In this document: positions 10,621 through 22,157 of the stretch, piece by piece
How positions within the stretch are numbered: the stretch's first letter is position 1
Layout of the letters: every line of letters starts with the position of its first letter
Origin: Scenedesmus sp. PABB004
Taxonomy: Eukaryota
DNA length: 64,000 nt
NCBI GenBank assembly: GCA_014905635.1
Contig: JABVCE010000002.1
Coordinates: 682,001 to 746,000, forward strand
Direction of reading: 5' to 3'
Program-made: the position numbers and the translations under genes
Notes under the pieces: model-generated
The model's database searches: none
Seen by the model: the letters and a program-made list of their open reading frames with translations, nothing else
What the model was told of the DNA's origin: nothing

Positions 10621-11751
10621 ATGCACCCGCTGGCGCGGCGCGCCCAGGCGCGGGCGAGCGCAGGCAGCAGGCCGCTGGCAGCACAGCGCGATCTTCGGCG
10701 AGCGCTACGCGCAGGAGGCTGCCGCCTGCGACGAATGGGGGCGGCACCGGTGGCGCAGGCCGGCGGCAGCAGCAGCGCGCCGTCCGCGCCCGGTGCGGCC
10801 TGGCCCAGCCCGGCGGCCTGCACCGCCTGCTGCCTGCGCTCGCCCGCGAGCGGACCCGCGTGCACGTCGCCCGGACCCCCGCCGCCGAGCAACAGGCGCC
10901 CCGGCGGCAGCAACGCCGCCGCCGCGCTGCTGCTCGCGCCCCGCCTGCCTGCCGGCTGCAGGCGCCTCGCCGCCAGAGGTGCTGACCGCCTGGGCGGCGC
11001 TCAAGGCCTTCACGGCAGCGGAGTTCCGCGGCCAGGCGCAGGCGTACCTGGGCAGCGCCGCCAGCCGAGCGCAGCTGCGCGACGCGCTGATGGTGCGCCG
11101 GGGGCGGCCGCGGGGGCGGCGGGTCGGGTGGCGCGCGGGGGCGGCGGCGGCGCCAGCGCGGCCCGCCTGAGCCCCCGCGCCGCGGGGACCGACGCGCACG
11201 CAGCTGGCGTACGCGCGGCCCTGCCCAGAGGAGGCGTGGACGCCCGCGACGCGGCCCGAGGTGCTGCTGGGCGTGGTCGCCAGCGAGGCGCGGCTCGCGG
11301 TGCGCGCGCTGCGCGACTGGTGCGGCGCGCTCGGGCTGGAGTTTGTGCAGCCGGAGTGCAAGGTGCGGGGCGGCGAGCGCTGCGGGGCGGCGAGCCCGCC
11401 GGCGGGCGCGCGCGCTCCTGGCCCCACGCGCGCGCGTCCGCAGGTGGAGGGCGCGGCGGGCCTGGCCGCGGTGCGGGGCGCAGTGTACGTCAAGTACAAC
11501 TCAGTCTCCAGGGTGCGCGCCGCGCTGCGCGGCCAGCTGCGCGCGGCGCTGGCTCCGCGGCCGCCGCGTGCGACGCTGCGGCGCCGCGTGCCGCCGCCGC
11601 CGCGCAGGTGTGCTACCTGACTCCGTACCAGGGCACCGACCGCGGCGTGCTGGTGCAGCTGGGCCCGGGGCGGTTGCTGGGGCACTTCCCGCTCGGCTTC
11701 TTCGACGAGCAGGCGTCCGCGCCCGAGCCGGCGCTCGGCGGCGGCAGCTGA
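10621..11751 (+). CDS. DUF1824-like protein (cyanobacterial-type family), probably plastid-targeted, 5 exons
   Basis: R/A/S-rich N-terminal extension. The spliced core LLGVVASEARLAVRALRDWCGALG...GAVYVKYNSVSR|VCYLTPYQGTDRGVLVQLG...GHFPLGFFD resembles the remembered DUF1824 pattern (GPVYLKFN...YLxxYxGxxRGVL...GxFPLDLF). Confidence 0.7.
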   Translation: MHPLARRAQARASAGSRPLAAQRDLRRALRAGGCRLRRMGAAPVAQAGGSSSAPSAPGAAWPSPAACTACCLRSPASGPACTSPGPPPPSNRRPGGSNAAAALLLAPRLPAGCRRLAARGADRLGGAQGLHGSGVPRPGAGVPGQRRQPSAAARRADGAPGAAAGAAGRVARGGGGGASAARLSPRAAGTDAHAAGVRAALPRGGVDARDAARGAAGRGRQRGAARGARAARLVRRARAGVCAAGVQGAGRRALRGGEPAGGRARSWPHARASAGGGRGGPGRGAGRSVRQVQLSLQGARRAARPAARGAGSAAAACDAAAPRAAAAAQVCYLTPYQGTDRGVLVQLGPGRLLGHFPLGFFDEQASAPEPALGGGS

Positions 11752-11949
11752 CGCGCGGGCGGGCTCGCCGCGCGCCGTGCGCAATGAAAACGCGCGTGCG
11801 CGGCCATTGCGGCGTCCCTGGGCCCGAAAGCCGCGGCTCTTGGACGCGGCGCGAAGCGCGCAAAAATCAGAGCGCCCCCGCCGCGCCGTGCAAGCGGCGC
11901 GCGCGACTCTGCCCGTCGCACAAGCGCTCTCCGGCTCCGACCCTTCGCC

Positions 11950-14901
11950 ATGGCGCCCGCGGCGAGCTCGCGCCTGCGCGCCCTGGCGGCAGCGCTGCTG
12001 CTGGCAGCGCTGGCGGCGGCACCGGCGGTGCGCGCACAGAGCGGCTACACGACCGGCCAGGCGACGTGGTACGACTCCATTAGCAACGGCTTCTGCGGCT
12101 ACGGCAGCCGCATTCCCAGCAACGGCTTTGTCGGCGCGTGGCCGTTCATCGAGACCAGCAACACCAGCAGTGCAGGCGTCTGGCAGCCCGGCGTGGACGG
12201 CGATGCGTGCGGGTGCGGCCGCCAGCGCTGCCCAGCGCATGCGCGCGCGAGCTCGCGCGCTGGCACGCTGGCGCACCGACGCGCGCTGCGCGCGTGCTGC
12301 GCGCGGCCCGCGCGGCGCAGCAAGTGCTTTGAGGTGTCGTGCGTGCCCGGCTTTGTGGAGTCGGCGGACGGCACGCAGTACTTTGACCGCCGCGACGCGT
12401 GCGAGGCGGAGGACCTGGCAGTCGTCATCAAGATCGTCGGTGCGCCGCGAAGCCCCCCGCGCGCGCGCGAGCCCCGCGCCGCCGCCTGCCGCGGCGCGAG
12501 CCGCCGCCCAAAGCGCCGCGCGCCGCCCACGCCGGACGCGCACCGCCGCCCGCAGACGAGTGCCGCTGCAGTGGCGCGGGCCTCCCGCTGAACCAGCGCG
12601 GCAACTACAAGTGCGGCGCCGCGCCTGGGCCTGCGCAGGCCCAGCATGCGCTGCGCGGCGCAGCGCGCGCGCGGTCGGCGCGCGCCGCCGACCTCACGCC
12701 GCCTCGCGCTGTCGCCGCTGCCGCCTGCTGCGGCCGCCTGGCGCACCGCAGCTGGTGAGCGGCGGCTGGCGCTCGCGCGCGTCCCTGCGCTGCGACTGGG
12801 TTTCAGCTTGAGCTAAAACCTGCGCCGCAGGTGCTGTAATTCGCCGACGCCGCGCCTTGGCGTGAACAGGCACATCGACCTTTCGGTGCAGGCATTCACA
12901 GCGGTGCGCCGCGCACGCAGCCGGCCCGCGCGCGCGCGCGCCGGGTGCCGACGGCGCGCCCCGCGCCCCGCCCTGCCCCGCCCCCAGCTGGTGCGCGACG
13001 GCAACTACAACCTCGGCATACTGCGCATACACTGGCGCCGCGCGTCATGCGACTACGTCGGGCGGGTTCGGGTTGCCTCCGACGGCTCGACGACGCGGCT
13101 GGACGGCGCAGCGCCGAGCCCAAGCCCCCGGCCTGTCGCGGCGGCGCCCAGCCCAAGCCCCCGGCCTGTCGCGGCGGCGCCCAGCCCAAGCCCCCGGCCT
13201 GTCGCGGCGGCGCCCAGCCCCAGCCCCCGGCCTGTCGCGGCGGCGCCCAGCCCAAGCCCCCGGCCTGTCGCGGCGGCGCCCAGCCCAAGCCCCCGGCCTG
13301 TCGCGGCGGCGCCCAGCCCCAGCCCCCGGCCTGTCGCGGCGGCGCCCAGCCCAAGCCCCCGGCCGGCCGCGGCGGCACCCAGCCCCAGCCCCCGGCCGGC
13401 CGCGGCGGCGCCGAGCCCCAGCCCCCAGCCTGTCGCGGAGGCGCCCAGCCCAAGCCCCCGGCCTGTCGCGGCGGCGCCCAGCCCAAGCCCCCGGCCGGCC
13501 GCGGCGGCGCCCAGCCCAAGCCCCCGGCCTGTCGCGGCAGCGCCCAGCCCAAGCCCCCGGCCGGCCGCGGCGGCGCCCAGCCCAAGCCCCCGGCCTGTCG
13601 CGGCGGCGCCCAGCCCAAGCCCCCGGCCGGCCGCGGCGGCACCCAGCCCCAGCCCCCGGCCGGCCGCGGCGGCGCCGAGCCCCAGCCCCCAGCCTGTCGC
13701 GGAGGCGCCCAGCCCAAGCCCCCGGCCTGTCGCGGCGGCGCCCAGCCCAAGCCCCCGGCCGGCCGCGGCGGCACCCAGCCCCAGCCCCCGGCCGGCCGCG
13801 GCGGCGCCGAGCCCCAGCCCCCAGCCTGTCGCGGAGGCGCCCAGCCCAAGCCCCCGGCCTGTCGCGGCGGCGCCCAGCCCAAGCCCCCGGCCGGCCGCGG
13901 CGGCACCCAGCCCCAGCCCCCGGCCGGCCGCGGCGGCGCCGAGCCCCAGCCCCCAGCCTGTCGCGGAGGCGCCCAGCCCAAGCCCCCGGCCTGTCGCGGC
14001 GGCGCCCAGCCCAAGCCCCCGGCCGGCCGCGGCGGCACCCAGCCCCAGCCCCCGGCCGGCCGCGGCGGCACCCAGCCCCAGCCCCCGGCCGGCCGCGGCG
14101 GCGGCCCGCCCGTCGCCCAGCCCGAGCCCCAGGCCGGCCGCGGCGCCCAGCCCCAGGCCATCGCCGTCGCCGGCGCCGGCGCCTGCCAGCGTCAGCGGCG
14201 GCAGCACGCCGCCGGCCTCGCCCAGCCCGCGGCCGAGCCCCAAGCCGAGCCCGCGGCCGTCGCCGGCGCCTGCCAGTGTCAGCGGCACGCCGGCCTCGAC
14301 CAGCCCCAAGCCCAGCTCGCGGCCGCCAGCCAGCAGCATCTCCATCCCCATGGCCGGCCAGTGCGGCGGGCGAGGCGGCGGCTGTGCGCTCTATGGCGCC
14401 GCCGCGTGCGTCGATGCCCAGTTTGACGTCGCCGACTGCGCCGAGGGGTTGGAGTGCACCCGCTACAACGCCCGCGTCTGGCGTTGCTGGGTGCCGCTCG
14501 TCGACGCCGCGGGTGAGCGTCGAGAGGAGGGTGGCGGGTGGCTTGGCCTGGCCTGCCTGCAAGCTGGCGCGCCGCAGCCTGGCTGACCTGCCGCCGCGCG
14601 CCGCCACTGCTGCCCCACGTGCGCACACGCAGGCACGGGCCCGCTGCCACTGCCGGGCGACCCGCTGCCGCCCGGCGCGCAGTGCGGCGGCGGCGCGTGG
14701 GGCTGCAAGCAGTTTGTCAGCGCGCAGCGCGAGTGCGGGGACGCGCCGTTCGACGGCTTCTCTTGCGGCAAGGGCCTGCGCTGCAGCCGCGCCGACCGCT
14801 CCTGGTGGCAGTGCGAGCTCGACGCGGCCAAGGCGCAGCCCGGCGGCGAGGAGCCAAGCAGCGCGGGGCCTGGCGGCGGCGAGGGCTGGCCCTCGCCCTG
14901 A
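11950..14901 (+). CDS. secreted expansin-like (DPBB) protein with Ser-Pro-rich rod and two C-terminal CBM1-like Cys domains
   Basis: Signal peptide, then GQATWY...GFCGYG, CG|KCFEVSC, VVIKIV|DECRC, HIDLSVQAF and IHWRRASC (expansin domain-1 motifs). Next come 30 x APSPSPRPxAA, then two QCGG-x-C...C-x5-C-x6-W-x-C modules. TGA at 14899-14901. Confidence 0.85.
13112..14101 (+). repeat. 33-bp coding tandem repeat, about 30 copies (APSPSP[R/Q]P[V/A]A[A/E]), with a higher-order 132-bp unit
   Basis: Direct reading of the units. The QPVAE variant recurs at units 10, 18, 22 and 26, giving a 4-unit periodicity in the 3' half. Confidence 0.95.
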
Positions 14902-15290
14902 GCCCCTGCGTGCGCCGTGCGGTGCGAGCTGTTGCTGTGACCCAGCCCCGCGGGGCTGTCTGCGTATGTTGTTGGCGCGCGCGCGCCGGTGTTGACCAGG
15001 GGCCCGATCGCAACGACGCCTGAAACACAAGTTGCTGCCTGCTGGGCGAGCTGTTCCGAGCGCCGCCGCCAGGGGCCAGTGGCCCCCGCGCGCTGTCCGA
15101 GGGGGGCGCCCGCGCGCCCAGCCAAGCCGCAAGAGAGAGCGCGCGCCGTCCGTCCCGTTCCCCGCCCCCCCCCCCCCTCGACCTCACGCCCACCCGCGCC
15201 CTCCCCGCCACTGGCTCGGCACGCCGCCGCACGCGCGCGACGCGTGCTGGCCGGACACCGCCGCGCCGGGCGCCCCGGCGCCGCGGCGGC

Positions 15291-18200
15291 TCAGCGCGCC
15301 CCGCGGTTGGCGGGGCGCTTGACGCGGTACACGCGCACGATCCAGTGCTCGCTCGTGAAGGCCTCCTCGAGGTGCTCGAGCGTGATGTCCTTGCGCCCGA
15401 TCTCGACGTTGCGCACGCGGTCGTAGCCGGGCGGCTGCGAGTGCTCGGTCATCACGCCGCCAAAGTCGTAGTAGCTCGCCTTGTACATCAGGCTGTCCAG
15501 CATCACGCCGCTCGCGTCGCCGCCGATCGTGTACTCGCCCTGGCGGCGCGCGCGGCGCGGGCGCGCGCGGCGCGAGGCGCGGCGTGAGGCGCGGCGTGAT
15601 GGGGCGCCGGCGCCAGGCGCCGGGCGCGGGCGCCGGGCGCTGCGCACCGCGTCGCTGAGGTAGTTCTTCTCCTGCACGTGCTCCGGGTACACGCCGCCGC
15701 CGATGCGCACCTGGCGCGCGCGGGGGCGCGGGCGGGGGGGGCGTCGGTCGGCGCGTTGCGGCCGCCGGGCCCATGCGGGGGCGCGCGTGCGCGCACGACT
15801 GGCGCCTGCCAGCGGCGGCGCCGGGTGCCGCCCGCGGCGGCCCGTGGCGCCATGTCGGTGTCGCACCATCCAGAGGAACTTGTTGATGTCGTCGCTGCTG
15901 TAGCCGGAGAGGCCGCCAAAGATGACGAGCACGTAGTCGACGTCGAGGCGGGTCATGATCTCATACGCGGCAGACCTGGGGCGCGGTGGTGGTGGTGGGA
16001 GCGGGGCGGAGGGGGGGGCATCAAGGGGCGTCAGGGGAGGTAGGCCAGCGGGGGTCGGCGGGCGTCGAGCGAACGCGCGCGGGACGGGGCGGGGCAGCGG
16101 CGCACGCACTCGTTGCTGGCCATTGCGCGGCCGACGGTCGCGATGTGCGTGTTGTTCCAGGTGTTGTTGTCCACGATCACGGTGCGGTTGGCCATGGACG
16201 TGATCTGGTAGCCATAGTCCCACCTGCGCCGCGGCACACGCGGAGACCGGGTCAACGCGGCAAGCGCGCGGCGGGCGCGCGGCGCGCGGTGCGTTGGCAC
16301 ACGCGCGGGGGCGCCGCCCCGGCCGGCGGCGGCTGCCGCACCAGCTCATGATGCGGGCGTCGGGCGCTGAGTTGTGTCGCAGCCAGTAGTAGGCCTCACG
16401 GAAGTCATCCAGCACGTGCCTGACCGCGCGGCGCGGCGGACGGCGCGGCGGCGGACAAGGCAGGTCGCACGGCGGCGGGGTGGCCGCGCGGCGGCCGCGC
16501 GGCGGGGGCGCGTGCGCGGACGGGCGGGTGGACGGGCGGGCCGCGCCGCCGCCGCCGCGCCGCGCTGTGCGGGCCCCCCCGCGCGCCTGTAGGGCCCCCA
16601 GCCGCTGATGAGCACGATGCTGGGGCTGCTGTACGCCTCGCTCGTCACCCAGCGGCAGTGCCGCGCGTACGAGCAGAGGCCGCCAAACAGCACCAGGAAG
16701 ACCAGCAGCGCCGTCTCGCGCCGGTACGGCAGCGCACCGTACGACGCGCCGCCGCGCGCCGCCGACCTGCGCGCGGGAGAGGCGCGGCGCGGTGCTCGGC
16801 GCGTGGCTGTGTGCTCGGCGCGGACGCGGGCGCGCGGCGGGCCGCCGCCCGCCCCGCGCCGCGCCGAGAGCCGGCGCCCGGGGCGGCGCGCACTTGGCCT
16901 TGGAGCGCTTGGCGTGCTGCGGCGGCGCGCCGCCGCTGCTGCCGCCGGCGGCGCCGCCGCCGGGCGCCGCGTCGCCCTCTGCCGCGGGCTCCCAGAGGTC
17001 GGCGGCGTAGGTGTCGAGGATGGTGCTGATCGCGAGCGCGCCGAGCAGCACAAACGCCGGCGCCGCGACGAGCATGAGGCTGCGGCGCGCGGGCGCGTGC
17101 GCGCGTGCCGGGCGGGTGCGTCGTCGGCGGCGGCGCGGGTCGGCGCGCGCCTCCCGGCGCGCGCGGACGACACGCGTTGGGGGGCGGCCGCGGCTGCGCC
17201 GGCCCGGCCCCTCTCACCGGACCATGATGCCGCTGAAGTAGATGGCCGTGAGCGCAAAGGTGAGCAGGAAGAGCTGCGCGTCGGTGAGGCCCTTGAAGCA
17301 AAAGTAGAGCCCCGCGGGCGCGGCAAAGACGAGCATGTGGACGTCAAACACGTACGTCGCCCACGTCGTGGGCTGGTGCTCGCTCACGCTCGCGATAATG
17401 GGAATGAACTTCTTCGCGTACGTGGGGTCCAGCAGCGTCCAGAACCGCCCCGTCCACGGCGTCATCTTGCCTGCGCGGTTGGGTTGGGCGCGCGGCCGCG
17501 CGGGCGCGGTTGCGTTGGCCGTGGCTGGCCGCAGCGGCTGGCGCAGCGCCGCGGCGGCGCGGGCACGGCGGCGCACCCGTCGCGGTGAGCAGCACGACCG
17601 AGCCCACGACCGCGCCGGCCGCGAGCGCGAGCGTGGTGCCGATCGCGCGCGCAAACGCGGCGGGGCTGGTGCGGCGCTTGAGCCACATGAGGGCCTCCCA
17701 GCCCTGCAGGCCCAGCCAGACGAGGTTGAACGCCAGCAGCTCGTGGCTGGTCACGTGGTTGCTGCCGATGAAGCGCACCTGGGTGTGGGGCGTGTGAGTG
17801 GTGTGTGTGTGTGTGAGTGTTGTGGGGGAGGGCACGGAGGGAGGGAGTCGGTCGCCAGCAAGAGGCGCGAGCGCCCCGACCCCGCCGCCGCGCCGCCGCG
17901 CCGCCGCGCCGCCGCGCCGCCGCGCCGCGCCGCCGCGCCGCGCCGCGCCGCGCCTGTATCGCGAGCAGGCCGCCGACCGCCCAGAATGTGGTGTATGCAA
18001 CGTAGAGGCGCGCGTGGTAGCGGCGCAGCGCGAGCATGACGAGGACGTAGAGGGGGATGAGGTTGCTGATGAACACGTACGCGCCCCACGACGCCGCCAT
18101 GTACAGGTACGCCGCGCCCGCGGCCGCGGCCGCGCTGACGGTGCCGAGGCGCACCGCGCGCACAAAGAGGTAAAAGGTGAGCACGAGCGCAAAGATCGCG

Positions 18201-19227
18201 ACCGCCTCGTTGTCAAAGCTGCCCGCGACGCTGCGCGAGACGTAGCCCGGCACGACCGCGAGCAGCGCCGCCGCGAGCAGGCCCGTGCCGCGGTCCTTGA
18301 GCTCGCAGCCAAAGAGGTACCCCACGAGCGCCTGGCCGCCGCCGTGGCGGCGGGGTGGCGGCAGGGTGGCGGCGGGGTGGCGGCGGCGGGTGCGGCGGCG
18401 GGGCGCGGGCGCGGGCGTCGGCGGGGGCGGGCGCTGGACGAGCGCGGCGCGGGCGGCGCGCGGGGGACGCGTGCGGCGCGCGGCAGCGCCCACCGTGTTT
18501 CCCGCGAAGAAGGGCCCCGTGAAGACGCAGACGTCGCGCAGCTGCACGGTCGCGCTGAGCGCGGTCAGCGCGCGGAACATCACGCCCGCGGTGAGCATGA
18601 TGCCCGGGTACACCGTGCCGCCCACCACGCGCCCGAGCGGGTACCAGCTCTCAGCGTCAAACCAGTTCCTGCAAGCAGCGGCGGCGCCGGCGGCGGCGGC
18701 GCGCGCGCGCGCGTCGGCGGCGGCGCCTGCGTGCTGGGCCGCGCGGCGCAGCACGCAAGCAGGGCGCGGCACGGCAGCGCGGCGCGGCGCGGGTGCAGGG
18801 CGGCGGCGCGGCGCGGCGCACCAGAACTCGGTGAAGCCCTCGGTGACGAGCTTGATGGTGGAGCGGTAGTTGAAGTAGGGGTCAAACTCATGGATGACGC
18901 TCTCATAGCGCAGCACAGAAAACTGACGCGGGCGCGGGCGCGGCGGACGCGCGGACGCGCGGTCACGCGGCGATCACGCGGCGGCGGCGCGGTCGCGCGG
19001 CGGCGGGCGCGCCGCGGCGGCGCGATCGGCGGGGAGCGCATGGCGGTTGCCGCCGCCGCTGCACGCGGCGCGGCCCGCGCCCGCGCCCGCGCCGCCCGCG
19101 CCGGCCGCCGCCGCACCAGGCGGATGGAGAACGCGTACAGGTACACCAGCGACAGGATCGCTAGGCGCAGGACGAGCTCCTGCGACTTGGTGCTGTGCAG
19201 GTGCCGCTCGTAGAGCGCGCGCAACAT
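15291..19227 (-). CDS. STT3: oligosaccharyltransferase catalytic subunit STT3 (STT3B-like), multi-exon
   Basis: [69 protein letters not shown] (WWDYG motif), [10 protein letters not shown] and [17 protein letters not shown]. Confidence 0.97.
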
Positions 19228-19823
19228 CCTGAAGCGATTGAGCACCCGCCGCACGGCTGCGTGTCGGTTTGCTGCTGCTGCTGCCGCCGCGCTGCCCGAT
19301 CCGGCTGCTGGCGGCGGTGCCGCGCCACAAGCGGCGGCCCCCGGGGAGGCGCCGGTCAGCCGCCGATCAGCCGGCGGCGCGGTGGCGCGGTGGCAGCGAG
19401 CCCGCGGGGCGGCGCGCGTCGACCGCTGCCAGCACGCGGCTACGGCAGGGACGCGCCGGGGCCGGGGCCGATCTGCGCTGGCAGCAAAGACGCGGACGGT
19501 GGGGCGAAGGCCGGCGGCAGCCAACTGCACCGTGCGGCACGACGGGCGCGGCCAAACCGCGCGGCGCGCACCGGCGCCGGCGCCGGCGCCGCCGCGCCGC
19601 CGCCGCCGTCGCACAGCGTCGCGCGGAGGGGCGCCACCACGCCCGCTTCCCCGCCGGTGCGCCCGGCCTGCCTGCGGGCCAAAGCGTCAGCCCGGAGCAC
19701 CTGCGCGCGGGCGGGCTGGATCTCCAAGTCTAGCGCCGCCCCGCGGGCCTCCGGCGGTCGCCCGGGGCGCAGGGCGCGCCGCGGCGCGCGTCGCGCGCTC
19801 GACGCGGCGCGGGGGGGCCCGCG

Positions 19824-21976
19824 ATGTTGCTGCTCCCCGGCCTTGCCGCGCGGGGGGCGCTTCATTCGGCCCGGCCGGCGCCCGTCCAGTCTGCCAGGCG
19901 CGGCGCACGACCGCCTCGCGGCGGAGAGGGGCGCGCCAGGTGCGGCGCCAGCGCCGGCGCGCGGCGGCAGCAGCAGCGGCGTGCGCTCCCCCGCGCGCCG
20001 CTCACCCGCGCCGCCCCGCCCCGCGCGCGCAGGCGGCCGCAGCTGCAGGCCCGCGCGCTGGCCCCCGGCGCCGGCCGCGGCGCGGCCGTGGCTGGCGGGC
20101 GCGCGGCGGCGGCGGCGGCCGCGCCGCGGCCGCGGCGCAGGCGGGCGCGCCCGCCTGCCTCGCGGCGGCTGAGCCCGCCGTCGTCGCGGACGGCGAGTGG
20201 GCTGCAGGCGCGCGCGACGGCGGCGGCCGCGTGCCCGTGCGGTGGCCGGCGCCGCTCGTCACGCACGCGCCGCCGCGGCAGGCGGACCGCCACCAGCAGC
20301 AGCGGCAGGCGCACCAGCTGCAGCAGGTGCAGCACCAACAGCGCGCACAGGTGCAGCAGGCGCACGTGCCGCTGCCCCTGCCGCAGCAGCACACCGCAGA
20401 GCGCGCCGCGGCGCACGAGCAGGCGCAGCAGGCGGCGCAGGAGCGCCAGGCGCGGCAAGCGCCGCCGGCGCGCGAGCAGCAGCCCGAGCCGCTGTCGCCG
20501 CCGCCGCCGCAAGCGGTGGAGCAGCGCGACCAGCAGCTGCCGCAGCATCCAGTGCTGCCCGGCGCGGCCGCGCCGGAGCAGCAGCGGCGCCGGGCGCCGG
20601 GCGCCGGGCGGCGCGGCGTGATGCACGTCGCCAACGGCACGCGCCCCGACGCGCTGGCGCAGCGGCTGCTGGCGCGGCTGCGGCAGCAGCTCGCGCGGGC
20701 GCCGGCGGAGGGGTGCGGCACCGGCGCCCCGCTGGCGCTGGCGTGCACGAGCAGCCGCTCGCTGCACGCCGCGCTCGCGGCCGTGGCGCTCGCCGCGCAC
20801 GCGGCCGGGGGCGCGGAGCAGCCGCACCAGCTGCTGCTGCAGCCACAGCTCATCCGCAACGCGCTGCACAGCAACGCAGACGGCGAGGGCCGCGCACTGG
20901 CGGCATACCAGCTGCAGCTGTTCTGGGTGCCGACGACGGCCGGCGGAGGCTGCGGCGGCGCGGCCAGCTGCGGCGGTGCAGCGGCGCCCAGCGCCGCCGG
21001 GCAGGGCGGCGCCAGGCCGCAGCGGCCCCGCCAGCAGCAGGCGCAGCAGGTGCAGCGGCCCCGCCAGCAGCAGCAGCAGCAGCAGCAGCAGGTGCAGCAG
21101 CAGCAGCAGCAGCAGCAGGCACAGCAGCACGGCGGCCAGAAGCATGGCGGCCAGCAGCGTGCCCAGTCGGCCGCGGCAGGCGGCAGCGGCGGCGGCGGCG
21201 CGGCGGGCCTCGTGCGCTGCGACCCCGCCGCACCGTGCGGCAGGGCCGGGCGCAACGGCGCCGGTCGGTCGCAGCGGCCGCCGCCCCTGCCGCGGCAGCT
21301 GGCGTGGGACGTGACGGGGCGCATGCGCGGCGGCTGGCCGACGGCGCTGTGCTTCGCCACCCCCGCGGGCGCGCTGCTGGCGCTCAAGGCCCTCGTGGGC
21401 GCGCGGCGCCACCTGGAGCCGGGCGGGCTGGACCTGCTCGTGGCGGTGGCTGCCGCAGCGCCGGCCGCTGCGGCGCCGCTGCCGACAAGCGGCGACGGTG
21501 CCGGCGCCGGCGAGCTGCAGCTCTGGGCCGTCGCGTGCCCCGCGCCGCCCGCGGCGGCGGCCGCGCAGCCGGCCGAGGCGGTGGCGCTGCCGAGCGCGGA
21601 GCGCCTGCTGCGGCGGCAGCAGCAGGAGCGGCGGCGGCACCGCAAGCTGCTGGAGCGCCTGCAGCGCGAGCACGAGGCGGCACAGCACCAGATCGCGGCG
21701 GAGGCCGCCGAGGAGGCGGCCGCGCACAGCAGCGTCGCGGAGCTGCCGCTGCCGCTGGGCGACGGCTGCGGCGCGCCTGCGCCGGGCGCGCCCCAGCCAG
21801 GGCCGGTGGCCGCGCGGCCACGCGCCGCCAAGCGCGGCCGGCGCGGCGGCGGGGCGGGCAGGCAGGCGCCCCCGGCGGACGGGCTGACGGAGCAGCAGCA
21901 GCGCGCGCTGTCGAGCATGCTGGCCGAGGCGGCCGCCGCGCCGCCGCGCGTCCCCGCGGTCGCGCCCGCGCTTTAG
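19824..21976 (+). CDS. Q-rich protein with two degenerate SpoVS-like (Alba-fold) domains; 5' end uncertain
   Basis: Long coding-like frame ending in TAG at 21976. Segments MHVANGTRPDALAQRLLARL...LALACTSSRSLHAALAAVALA and LPRQLAWDVTGRMRGGWPTALCFATPAGALLALKALVGARRHLEPGGLDLLV resemble SpoVS. The first exon and start could not be resolved; ATG 19824 is tentative and the first in-frame ATG is at 20621. Confidence 0.55.
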
Positions 21977-22157
21977 GAGGGCAGTCGCAGAGCGCGTGTA
22001 CAGTAGATGCGGGGGCGAGGTGTTGCGAGCGAGCGGTGGCCGCCGCTGGCGGCGTGTGAATGACCACGAGCGAGTGTGCGCCGCCGCCGTGGCCCCGCCG
22101 TGCCGCCATGCCGCGCCGCCGCCGCGCCGCCGCGCCCCCGGCAGCCAGACGAGGCCG

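Noticed and set aside
13112..14101. 33-bp repeat array as a possible CRISPR array
   Set aside because: The units are contiguous with no unique spacers, lie in frame inside a eukaryotic secreted protein, and there are no cas genes.
17784..17826. (GT)n/(CA)n tract in an STT3 intron, with a similar tract near 58397-58418
   Set aside because: Ordinary short intronic microsatellites.
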